Assembly: GCF_000372725.1 (NCBI RefSeq)
Contig: NW_005201183.1
Location: forward strand, 67,972 to 131,971
Source: Emiliania huxleyi CCMP1516
Lineage: Eukaryota
Reading direction: 5' to 3'
Length of the DNA stretch: 64,000 nt
Shown one piece after another: positions 45,501 to 56,614 of this stretch (position 1 is the first letter of the stretch; every line of letters begins with the position of its first letter). Made by a program: the position numbers and the translations under genes. The notes under the pieces are model-generated. The model was not told the DNA's origin, made no database searches, and was given only the letters and a program-made list of their open reading frames with translations.

Positions 45501-48500
45501 TCACCGTGAGAGCGCGACGTGCTGCACCGCCGCCTCCGCCGCGGGCCTGCCCACCGAGTCGGTCTCTCCGCCAGGCCCGTGAAAGGCGCAGATCGGCTGC
45601 TGCTGCTGCGAGTCAAACGGCCAAAACGTGAACCACTGCGCGCCCTCGCCGTCGGCGGCCGCCCCGGCGCCGTACGCGCCCCCCGGGAACTGCTCGCTCA
45701 TCGGCACGCCCTCCTCGACCGCGAGCGACATCCACACCTGCGGACGAGCAGAGAGGGGGGGGCGCGCACCACGTCTCGGAAGAGGGTGATGCGACAGGGT
45801 ACAGGAAGGAGCCGTGGCAAACCGCAACGCACCGTCCCGTCGGCGTCACGGCGGTAGTGCACCCCGCCGCCGCCGCCCTCGCCGCCGCCCTCGCCGCCGC
45901 GGAGGAGCGCCGTCATCCTGCGGCGCGCGGCCGCCCACGAGGCGCTCGCCTCGCCGCCCGCACTCCGCCGCACCTCGGTGACCAGCCTGCAGCCGCCGTC
46001 CGCCGCGTCGCCGCGCCCACAGACAAGGGCGAGTCGCGCGCGGCCGCCGGCCCCGTGGATGAGCGACGCGAGCACCTGCCGCGAGGGGGANNNNNNNNNN
46101 NNNNNNNNNNNNNNNNNNNNNNNNNNNNNNNNNNNNNNNNNNNNNNNNNNNNNNNNNNNNNNNNNNNNNNNNNNNNNNNNNNNNNNNNNNGGAGGGGGAA
46201 AAGGTTTGATTTTTTATTCAACAGGTTTGAAAAGAAATTTTAAAGGTGGGGGGGGGGGGGCGGACGACCAGCGCAAAGTCGGACCCGTCGCCTGCGCCGA
46301 CGACTCGCAATTCTGCGGCGGCGCTCGCGGACGCGGCGCCGTTGGCGTCGTCAGGCTCGTCCTCGCCCCGTGATGAGGCGAGGCCGACGGCAATCAGCTC
46401 GCTCGCCCGAAGCCCCGCCCAAGCGCCCGCCCACATGTCGGATCGCCAGCCGGCGAGGGAGGCCTCCTCGCCCGCCCCGCCGCCCGCCAAGCGCACCTCC
46501 CCACGCCCCACCTCCGCCCGCCCGCCGCCGTCTTGCGCGGCAGCCTCGGGCGCGAGCGAGGAGCGGAAGGCGCTGACCGCCGCGTCGAGCGCAGCGCGCG
46601 CCTTCTTGGAGAGCGCGTCCTCCTCCACCTGACGAGATATAGCCGAGGTGCGGCCGAGGTGCGGCCGAGGTGCCGCCGAGGTGCAGCCGAGGTGCCGCCG
46701 AGGTGCAGCCGAGGTGCCGCCGAGGTGCGGCCGAGGTGCAGCCGAGGTGCGGCCGAGGTGCGGCCGAGGTGCAGCCGAGGGGCAGCCGAGGTGCGGCCGA
46801 GGTGCGGCCAAGGTGCGGCCGAGGGGCAGCCGAGAGGCAGCCGAGAGGCAGCCGAGGTGCGGCCGAGGTGCAGCCGAGGTGCAGCCGAGGTGCAGCCGAG
46901 GTGCAGCCGAGGTGCAGCCGAGAGGCAGCCGAGAGGCAGCCGAGGTGCGGCCGAGGTGCAGCCGAGGTGCAGCCGAGGTGCAGCCGAGGTGCAGCCGAGG
47001 TGCAGCCGAGAGGCAGCCGAGAGGCAGCCGAGAGGCAGCCGAGGTGCGGCCGAGGTGCGGCCGAGGTGCAGCCGAGCGTCCCGCTCGACCTGGGCCATCC
47101 GAAGCACGTCCAGCGTCAGCTCGACGCCGCTCATCTCGCGCGCCTGGCACGCCGGGTGGACATGGCACATGTCAGAGGTCCGCACACGTCTCTTGCCTAG
47201 CGCCGCCCATATCTCCCCGTATCTCCCCGTATCTCCCCAGATCTCCCGCCTAGCGCCGCCCCTCTCACGCGCGCCTGCTCCTCGAAGCCGCCGTACACGT
47301 CGCCCACCAAGCGAGGCCCGTCCCCTTCCCATGTGGCTGGCGCTCCCGCCTCGCCTCCCTCCTCGCCCCCCTCCTCCTCGCCCTCTCCCTCCGGCGGCGG
47401 CAGAGCCCCCCCCTCCTCCTCTTCCGGCGGAACCATCAGCTTCTGCAGCCGGCTCAGCGCGAGCTCCCTGCGCCACTGCCGCCGCACCGCCGCGCGCGCC
47501 GCGGCCGTCGCCTCGCGGAGGAGCTTCATCATTAATCAAGTCAGTAAGTAATTAATAATTAATCAATTCGCCGTCGCCTCGCGGAGGAGCGCGTCGCGCA
47601 GCAGCCCCTCGCGCGGAGCCCCTCCGCCTCCGCCCGGCTCGCCGGCGGCCCTTTCGCTCAGGTTGTGGAGTCCGGATCGCAGCGCGGCGAGCGCAGAGGC
47701 GTCCGACGCGTTTGGGGGCAGGAGGAGGCGGCCCAGCGCGCGCGAGACCGCCGCGTCGAGCCACATGACTCATCGGCTGGCATACNNNNNNNNNNNNNNN
47801 NNNNNNNNNNNNNNNNNNNNNNNNNNNNNNNNNNNNNNNNNNNNNNNNNNNNNNNNNNNNNNNNNNNNNNNNNNNNNNNNNNNNNNNNNNNNNNNNNNNN
47901 NNNNNNNNNNNNNNNNNNNNNNNNNNNNNNNNNNNNNNNNNNNNNNNNNNNNNNNNNNNNNNNNNNNNNNNNNNNNNNNNNNNNNNNNNNNNNNNNNNNN
48001 NNNNNNNNNNNNNNNNNNNNNNNNNNNNNNNNNNNNNNNNNNNNNNNNNNNNNNNNNNNNNNNNNNNNNNNNNNNNNGTCGAGCAGCTTGCGCAACGCCT
48101 CCATCTTCGCTTCGAGGGAGGCTCGCGTCGCGCGCCACGCGCCCACGCCGCGCATCCACGCCGCGCGCACCTCGCTCGGCAGCTCGGGAGGGTACGAGAG
48201 CTGGCGCAGCAGCAGCGAGAGCACCTGAGGGAGCCACGTCCACGACGTGTCCGCGCCGCGCGCACGAGAGCCAGCGGCGGCGGCGAGCGGGCGGCGGGCG
48301 GCAAAGGCGAGCGGGCGGCAACGGGCGGGCGGGCGGCGGCGGCGGGCGGCGGCATGCGCGGCGGCGGGCGCGGCGGCGGGCACGGCGGCGGGCGGGGGGG
48401 CGGGCGGGGCGGGCGGGGCGGCGCCTCGTCGTCCTCCTGCGCCGAGTTGGTGTCGAGCGTGGGGAGGACTTCCGCGACGAGGGCGGAGACCTCGCGGTCG

Positions 48501-49738
48501 AGCTGCTCGACGTAGAGCGCCTTGGGTTCGGGTACCGTGGGGTAGGGGAGGGTGGGTTCGGGTACTGTGGGGGTGGGGGAGGGCGAGCTGCTGCTCGTAG
48601 AGCGCCTGCCTCCGCTCCGCCGCCTCCTCGCCCCCCTCCGCGAGCGCGGCGTATGCCGCCGCCGCCCTGCCGTGAGGGAGCAGCCTCCAGCGCGCGGCGA
48701 GCCACTCGAACGCCCGCTCCCCGCCCTCCGGCTCCGCGGCGGCGTCGAGGCGGAGGGCGGTGAAGTTGGCGACCAGCTGCGCCGTGAGCGGCTCGGTCAA
48801 ATCCGCCAGCGAGCTCAGCACGCCGCACTGCGCCTGCAGCCGCGCGGCGGCGCCGCTGCCGCCGCCGCCCTCGCCGAGCAGCAGCGCCACCCCCACTGCA
48901 ATGAGCGCCGCCTGGGCGACCCGCCCGGAGCGGGTCCCACCGCCACCCTCGGCCTCGTCCGGCGCGACGCCGGCCGCATTCGCGCCGCCGCCGCCGCCGC
49001 CGGCGGCGGCGGCGGCGCCGGAAGCGTGCTCCGTGGTCGTGTCTCCCTCGCCGGCGACCTGCCGGCGCAGCGACGGAGTCGGCGGCGGCGGAGGAGGCAG
49101 CACTGCGTTGTGCGGAAGGCCGACGAGGGCGTGGTAGATGGCGGCGGCGCCGATGCCGAGGAGCGGCGATAGGGCGGCCGTCACCCCGTCCAGGATCGCC
49201 ACCGCCGCGAGGAGAGCCCACGGCAGCCTGCGAGTCTGCAGCCGCACACTGACCAGCGTGACGGTCGACTCTGGCGACGACTGCGCCCAGAGCTGGAGCA
49301 GGGCGAAGAGCGTGGCGGGCGCGAGGGAGGAGGCGTAGCGGCGCTGCACGGGCGGCACGGTCGCGGCGGCCAGCGCGGCGGCGCCGCCAGTGCACAGCAG
49401 CAAAACAACCAGCAGCCGGCGCGAGCCGAGAGCGGGCTCGAGCCGCTCGCACGCGGCGAGCCAGAGCCAGAGGTGGCAGCCGAGGCCCGCGAGCGAGCGG
49501 TAGAGGAGCAGCGAGGCGAGCAGCCGTGCGGGCGACGCTGCCAAGGCTGATGGCTCCAGCGTCGCAGCGCTCGCGGGAGGAAGGGCGCCGAGCGCGGCCG
49601 CCGCAGCCGCAAAAGAGTAGCATAGCAGACCAACTGCGGTGACGGGAGGAAGAGAGGCGCGGCGGGCCGAGTCGACGATGAGGAGCCGAGCGAGCTGCAG
49701 GAGCAGCGCCGCGCCGGCTGCTTCTCGGAGCGCAAGCA
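45501..49738 (-). CDS. Derlin (Der1)-like N-terminus with a long downstream multi-exon region (one or two genes, across two gaps)
   Basis: PPVT, RLE, QLWAQSSPE.TV...V...RRLPW...LLGI....IY match the Der1 pattern; downstream exons are unassigned. Confidence 0.55.
46629..47089 (-). repeat. Intron of about 40 x 11-nt repeats (gccgaggtgcR on the + strand)
   Basis: GT...AG; starts gtcgagcgggacgctc versus next exon gtggaggaggacgcgctc. Confidence 0.85.
48521..48605 (-). mobile_element. Family B copy 3
   Basis: 22-nt exon duplicate (3 mismatches) plus a B core nearly identical to that at 16744-16805. Confidence 0.8.
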
Positions 49739-50319
49739 TTCTGCGTGACCTTTGCCTTTCTGGTCGCGCTGATGAGCGCGCTCGCCGACTTGCGCGTGGA
49801 CCTCGGGCACGACCTCGGCGTGGGGAGGGTTGATAGGGGATCAAGAAATCTTCACTAAAGCGGTGTGGTCGCATGGCGCCGTCGACCCCGCCAAAGTGAC
49901 TTTTGAGGCGGTGGTCGCATGGCGCCGACATTGTCTTGAACTACAAGTCCGCCGACAAAATGATTTGTCTGATTCAGAGGACGAGTTGGAGGTGCTCCGG
50001 CAACCTGGCCTGCTTCAGAAGCTCGTCACCGTTGTCACTCAACGTGCGTCATGCGTGATCGAGCTTGAGGGAGGAGCTCCGCTAACGATTCGGCCGGCCA
50101 CCCAACGCCGCCGCCCACTGTACATACCCGCCACCCACAAAGCGCCTGCTCTACTATCCCGTACCACCCGCTCCACTTTCCACTGATCATGCCCGTGATA
50201 GCACCAGCACTGCCGCCGTCCTGGTCTTGAACGTGGGACTCGGTAGTTGTGACCCCCCTGTGCCCTGAGTGAAACAAATCTATTCCCACACATCATTTGG
50301 GGCCCTGTGCGACGGAGGC

Positions 50320-50415
<96 letters not shown>

Positions 50416-50486
50416 ACCGTCCACCCGCCGAAGAACGAGTCATGCCGTACCCCAGGTCCTTCATAGCCGCCGCGAGGTTATTGAGG

Positions 50487-51180
50487 TTATTGTAGGAGAA
50501 TTCTCAGCGCCCTCGCAGCCAGCTCCTTCTGCCCGTCCGTGCCACCGCGAGCCAGCGCCACCAGCGGCGCGATGCCGCCCGCCGTCGCGATCACCACCTG
50601 GTTGTCGGCGTTGCAAGCGAGGTTCCCCAGCGCGCGCGCAGCCTGCTCCTTCTGCCCGTCCGTGCCACCGCGAGCCAGCGCCACCAGCGGCGCGATGCCG
50701 CCCGCCGTCGCGATCACCACCTGGTTGTCGGCGTTGCAAGCGAGGTTCGCCAGCGCCCCCGCGGCCTGTTCCTTCTGCCCGTCCGTGCCGCCGCGAGCCA
50801 GTGCCACCAGCGGCGCGATGCCGCCCGCCCTCGCGATCGCCACCCTGTTGTCGGCGATGCTCCAAGCGAGGTAACACAGCGCCCCCGCGGCCCACCTCTT
50901 CTGCTTCTCGGTGCCGTCGCGAGCCAGCGCCACCAGCGCCGGGATGCCGCCCGCCCTCGCGATCGCCACCTGGTTGTCGGCGTTGTAGGCGAGGTTCTGC
51001 AGCGCCCTCGCGGCCTCCTCCTTTTGCCCGTCCGGGCCGGCGCGAGCCAGCGCCACCAGCGGCGCGATGCCGCCCGCCCTCGCGATCGCCACCTGGTTGT
51101 CGGCGTTGAGAGCGAGGTTCCCCAGCGCCGCCGCGGCCTCTTCCTTCTGCCCGTCCGTGCCGCCGCGAGCCAGCACGCGC
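50487..51180 (-). CDS. Armadillo repeats (41 aa, about 5.5 near-identical units)
   Basis: ADNQVAIARAGGIAPLVALARGGTDGQKE.AA.AL.NLA repeated with a 123-nt period. Confidence 0.9.
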
Positions 51181-52060
51181 CCGGTCGAAGCGGCCGGCGC
51201 GATGAGTCGTGGGTGCGCCCAGCCGAAGCCGCCATTCCGCTGCGAGAGGTGCATCGCCTCCTCGCACCGCCGCTCCGTCGGGCCGGCGGGGTTGGCGTCG
51301 TGCTGCACGTCGCGGATCTCGGAGGGGCTGGTGGCGGTGAGCGTGCGGAAGAGCTGCGCTTGCGTCTCGCCCGCGTACTCGAGCGGCTCACGTGTGACCG
51401 AGGGCTCGCAGCCACGGGCGACGTGGTTGAGCGCGGTCGACGCCTTGAGGGTGAAGCGTCCGAGGAGCTCGGCCGTCTGCCGCCCGAGCGCCGGCGTGAG
51501 CTTCTCGAGCACCCGCAGCTTGATCTCGTGCGCCCGCACCTTGTCCATGGCGATGTCGGTGCGCGCTGCCGCTTCGAAGCCCACGCCGACGCCGTTGACT
51601 CGGAGCGCGTCGCGCAACACCGTCGGCCGCTTGCGCTTTCCCTCGTGCATCTGCGACGGGAAGAGCTTGATGAAGCGTGCCACGTCAAGCTCCGTGTCCT
51701 GCCACTTCCGCGACTGCAGGATCTTGAACTTGCGCGCGTTCGCGGAGAGGTTGAGTTCTCGCTCCGAGAGCTTGACGTAGGCGGTGCACCACTGCGCCGC
51801 CCGTTCGATGTCGGCGACCTCGCGGACGACGGTCGGCGCGTGGGCGTCGTCGGCGATGCACTTCGGTACAACCTCCGGGTACCTCTCCTTGAGCGGCTTA
51901 AGGACGAGGAAGCAGACGGCGATGCAGAAGCTCAGCATGGAGAAGAGGCCGCCTTGCGTGAAGCCGAGGCGGACGGCGAAGCGGTCCAGTCTGCCGTCGA
52001 CGACTGTCAGCACCTCGCCGTGGTGGGTCCGCAAGAAGGCAAGGTCGTCAAGCGCCGCCT
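51181..52060 (-). mobile_element. Non-LTR reverse transcriptase fragment, in frame with the ARM repeats
   Basis: GFTQGGLFSMLSF, IADD (51846-51857), NLSANARK, LNHVARGCEP, HLSQRNGGFG...IAPAA. Confidence 0.75.
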
Positions 52061-52144
52061 CCGCCGCTTTTTTTCGAGATGCGTGTGTCTCGCGGGGGCA
52101 GCGGCAAGGAGGAACCGATGCGCCGCACGCACACGTGTACGTGT

Positions 52145-53542
52145 ATGTCCGCCGTCGCTCTCCTTCTCGTGGCAGCCGCGGCCACGACGGCGGCACCCGC
52201 AAAAGCTCCAGTCGGCGACGGCGGCGGCGGCACGAACACCAGCGCCCGCCGATTTCCAAAGTTCGGACTACGTGCGTCCGCCGCCGCGCCAGCAGACGCT
52301 TGCGCGCCAGCTGGTGCCCCCAGATGCGTCGACGGCGCGAGTGACAAACTTCAACTCTGCCTGCAACGTGCGAATCGCTCCATTTGGGAGGGCGTTCTCT
52401 CAAACCAGCGCGGCAATCCCACAGAGCGACCGGAATGGGACGGAATCGACTGGACACCGGTGGGCAAGGCTGGGCGCTTCAAAACGAGGCACGATGTGAC
52501 AGAGAGATTCCCCGTGGGCATGCGTTCGTACGCAGAAGTCATCCGCTGGCAGATGGCACCTTACGCGAATATAACCAGTCAAATGGTCGACGCTGCCTGG
52601 AGCGTTGCCAAACAGAAGACGTCAGCGAGGGTGACGATCCGGGCCGGAGGCATGCGCGTTCTGAATTCTGGCAGTGACATCGGAAGAAGAGCGCAGGTGC
52701 TTGAGATTCTTCGGGAGGTGCACCGGGACTCGCCGCTGCCCGATGCTGACCTCATCATCTTGTTCTCAGATTTAGCTCCGGAACAAGAGTGGGCTCCTGT
52801 GCAATCTGGGTCGGAGCTTCGCCGCGCTCCAATCTTCATGGCTTCTCGCAGATCGGAGGACTCGCGCATCCTGTTGCTGCCAGACCACACTTTCCCAGAA
52901 TTCTGGGACCTTATCGAACGCAATGAGCACTTCTTGCTGAGTGCTGAGAAGGACTTCTCGCAGCGGATACCCAAAATGCATTTCGTGGGCACCAGAAATA
53001 CATATCGAAACTCCGCCTGGTGCTTAGGCGCTGCGACCGCCAATGGCTCCATGATGACCGGGCTTCTTACCGAAGCCATCGGATTCAGAGGGGGAGTTGA
53101 AAAATGCGATCTCCCCACGTGGCCAGAGCGGCAAGGCCGCAGCGACGCATGTCACTACCAGTACCTGCTTTCTCCGGGGGGTGGTACCTGGCCTTCCTAC
53201 TCCAACCGATTCAAGAACCTCTTCGCCTGTGGCTCAGTTCCTGTGGTCACAAACACGGACTGGTACGAGTTCTTCTACCCACTGCTTCGCCCACACCACG
53301 ATTTTGTCCCTGCCGAGAATGCACTTGGCTCTCTTTCCCGATATGTTTTCCCTACCGCCGAGTGCTTGCGCCAGTCGCCGCTTATCGCCAAAAACATAGC
53401 AGCGAACGCACGACAATTTGTCAAGCAGCATCTTTCGAAACGCGCCGTCAAGCAGTATGTGCGCGATCTTCTCGTTGCATACTCGAAGCGCATGTCAATT
53501 CCACGACGCGGCCCAAATAGAGTTACAAAGGGGGTTCAGTAG
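52145..53542 (+). CDS. Secreted GT90 (CAP10/POGLUT-like) glycosyltransferase
   Basis: Signal peptide; LPDADL..FSD, ILLLPDHTF, CHYQYLL...SYSNRFKNLFACGS, WYEFFY..L.P..DFVP, IAANARQF. Confidence 0.85.
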   Translation: MSAVALLLVAAAATTAAPAKAPVGDGGGGTNTSARRFPKFGLRASAAAPADACAPAGAPRCVDGASDKLQLCLQRANRSIWEGVLSNQRGNPTERPEWDGIDWTPVGKAGRFKTRHDVTERFPVGMRSYAEVIRWQMAPYANITSQMVDAAWSVAKQKTSARVTIRAGGMRVLNSGSDIGRRAQVLEILREVHRDSPLPDADLIILFSDLAPEQEWAPVQSGSELRRAPIFMASRRSEDSRILLLPDHTFPEFWDLIERNEHFLLSAEKDFSQRIPKMHFVGTRNTYRNSAWCLGAATANGSMMTGLLTEAIGFRGGVEKCDLPTWPERQGRSDACHYQYLLSPGGGTWPSYSNRFKNLFACGSVPVVTNTDWYEFFYPLLRPHHDFVPAENALGSLSRYVFPTAECLRQSPLIAKNIAANARQFVKQHLSKRAVKQYVRDLLVAYSKRMSIPRRGPNRVTKGVQ

Positions 53543-54022
53543 GGGGAGAGGGGGTACGTACAAATCAAAAGATGGTCGTTCCCACTGGCGTTAAAGCGGA
53601 GGGCCGCCACGACTGTTGTTGGCTCTGCCCACTGCCGCCGCGCTGGCTTGGATGCTGCCCCAAAGGCGGCTGGACTCGCTTGCTTGCCCTATCTATGTGC
53701 AATGTGTGGGCAACGCGGCAACGCGCGCACGCTTGCCAGCCGTTTCACGCGTTTGTCGTTGAGTCTTTGATAAGGTGTTCTCGTTTTCTTGTAAGGGGTA
53801 AGTGACAGAGTGTGGACCAAATCGGGACGGCGCCCCTCATCAGCCACCCCAAAGCGAGGCGACGCGTCTCGTCATCCGCCCCAAAATCCGGTCCTGCCAG
53901 TTTCCCAGCGCTAAAAAGAAAATCCGGCGGCTACGTCCGCGGAGCCTCCTCCGTCGACGCGCGGCGGCGGCGACGTCCCTGCAAGCATTCGGAAGGCCGC
54001 CAAGGATGGCCAATCGGGAGCG

Positions 54023-55940
54023 GTGCTGGCGTGGCTCGACGACGGCGGGCGGGTCGACGAGACGTTCGAGTACACCTTTGATGGCGGCTCGTGCTCGAGC
54101 GGCATGACGCTGCTGATGGTCGCAATGTCCAATGGCCACGCGGAGCTGGCCGAGGCGCTTCTGCGGCGCGGTGCGGATGTCTCATTGCTGACTAGCGCCG
54201 GCAGCTACTATGCGCTGGGTCTCGCCGCCGTGAACGGCCACAAGAAGCTGGTCGAGCTGGCATTGCGGCACGGCGCGGAGGTCAATCTGCAAAACAAGCT
54301 TGGCGTCACTGCGCTGATGGAGGCCGCCTACCAAGGCTACGAGCGGATTGTCGACACTCTGATCCGGCACGGTGCGGCGATCAACCTGCAGAGCAGTCTC
54401 GGCGGCACCGCGCTGATGGGGGCCGCTATCCACAACCATCCCGCCGTCGTGCTTCGCGTGCTGCGGGCGGGCGCTGACATGACGCTGCGCTCAAGCGGCG
54501 GCAGGACGGCGCTGCAGATTGCCAAGGAGAAGGGCCACACCGAGTGCTACGAGGCCGTCAGGACGTATCTCGGGGAGGTGACGGCAGCTCGGATCAAGGC
54601 GCTGTCGGCCGAGGCGGGCGGCGCAGGGGCGGGCGGCGCACCCGCAGGCGAGGCGGCGGCGGGCGCCAGTGCTGCGGCCTCTGCTTCGAGCGGCGAGGGC
54701 GCGGGGGCCACGCCGGGCAGCGAGGCAGTGCCAAAGGAGGTCGTGCTAGCGGCTGAGCGAGGCGACGAGACGCCGGTGCTGGCGTGGCTCGACGGCGGCG
54801 GGCGGGTCGACGTTCGAGTACACCTTTAATGACGGCTCGTGTGCGAGCGGCATGACGCTGCTGATGGTCGCAATGGCCAAAGGCCACGAGGAGCTAGCCG
54901 AGGCGCTTCTGCGGCGCGGTGCAGATATCTCGTTGCAGAAGAGCGATGGTGGCACCGCGCTGGTTCTCGCCGCCGGGAACGGCCGCGAGAAGCTGGTCGA
55001 GCTGGCGTTGCGGCACGGCGCGGAGATCGACCAGAAGTACAGCAACGGCAACACTGCGCTGATGCAGGCCGCCGCGAAAGGCCGCGAGCGGGTTGTCGAC
55101 ACGCTGGTCCGGCACGGCGCGCAGATCAACCTGCAGGCCAACGACGGCTTCACAGCACTGATTCTCGCCGCCGCCTTCGGCTACCCCGCCGTCGTGCGTC
55201 AGCTGCTGCGGGCGGGCGCTGACATGACGCTGTGCACTGAGAAGGGTACAACCGCGCTGCAGTACGCCAAGCAACAGGGCCTCGCCGAGTGCGTGCGCGC
55301 CCTCGAGGAGCATGCGGCGGCCAAGGCGGCGGCCGAGAAGGCGGCGAATGAGGCGGCGTGGGCTGCGGGGGCGGCGGAGAGGGCGGCGCAGAGGGCGGCG
55401 GAGGAGAAGGAGGCGGCGCGGCACGCCGAGGAGCTACTGGCGGAGGTCGAGGCGGAGAAACGCGCCAAGGGCAAGAAGGGCAAGAAGAAGAAGAAGGGCG
55501 GCGGGGCGGGCGCGGCTGGGCTGTCGCAGGAGTCCGAGTCGCCGTCGGAGGCAGCCGAGGCCGCAAAGAAGGCCGAGGAGGAGAAAATGATGAGGCTTCT
55601 CGAGAAGTGTCACGAGGAGAGGATCCGGCTCGGCATCACGGCGGAGAGCCAGGCAGCGGCGTCGGCAGCGGTGGCCGAGGCGGTGCGCTTGGACGCGGAG
55701 GCGGACGAGGCGGAGGAGGAGGCAGAGGCGGACAAGGCGGAGGAGGTGGTGGCCGTGGCGGCGCTAGCGGCTGCCGAGGCGGCGCTGGCGGCGGCCGAGG
55801 CGGCGCTGGATGAGGCGAGGGCCGCTGCAGACGCGAGGCGTGCTGCTGCAGAGGCGAGGGGTGCCGCTGCGGTCGCGTCGATGGCAAGGGCGGTTGCAGC
55901 CAGGATGGCGGCGGATGCGGCCCAGGAGCGCTCTACATAG
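54023..55940 (+). pseudogene. Ankyrin-repeat paralog, apparently 5'-truncated, frameshift near 54810
   Basis: gtcgacgttcgag versus gtcgacgagacgttcgag (5-nt loss); shares its linker and repeats with 1-1373; C-terminal coiled coil with a KKGKKKKK tract. Confidence 0.8.
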
Positions 55941-56614
55941 AGAGCGCTGCTGAGAGGCCACGGTCGCTGTGACTCCAAATTTCTTGTGCGCACGAGCGCT
56001 GCCTCAGCGCGGCGCGCGCGGGCGTAAGATCGAATCTCTCGAGAGAGATGTTCTCGACGAGACACTCCGGAGAGGTTTTCATGTGATACAGTAGAGTTGT
56101 GTACGGCTACGGGTACGCGCACGCAATACCCTTACCTTAAGGTATGCGTTATCGTGGCCGCGCGTTGCCGTGGTTGGGTAGCGCGCGAGAGCGGGAGGAT
56201 TCACATAGAAATTTGGGGGGAGGTGCTGCGACCTATATGTCGTGGCGGAGTCAATTTACTATCGACGCGGGGGAGCGGCCCCCCGGAGCGCGGCCGGGCG
56301 CGGGGTGACGCATGAGGCGACGGTTGTGATCTGTGTGGTGTGGTCTATGTCTATGTGGACCCCCAGGTCCCGCAGCGGAGAGCGGACGCACTTGAGCGGA
56401 GACACTCGCAGTAAAACACGGCGATTTTTGCAAAGAAGACACGTGATTTCCAAATGCAAATCGCACTGCACATCGCACTAGGATCTTGCGTGGCGACGGC
56501 GGCATCGTACCGAGGGCGCCGCCCCCTCACATATCGGTCGCGGCGCATTGCGCTAGGTGGGGCCAGCCTGCCGGGGCTACGGCCAACTTACCCCAGGTCC
56601 CAGAGCGACGCCCG

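Noticed and set aside
46218..47555. Repetitive ORFs (SAAPRLHLG...), also the LTLTL and CVCV ORFs
   Set aside because: Translations of intronic or microsatellite repeats.
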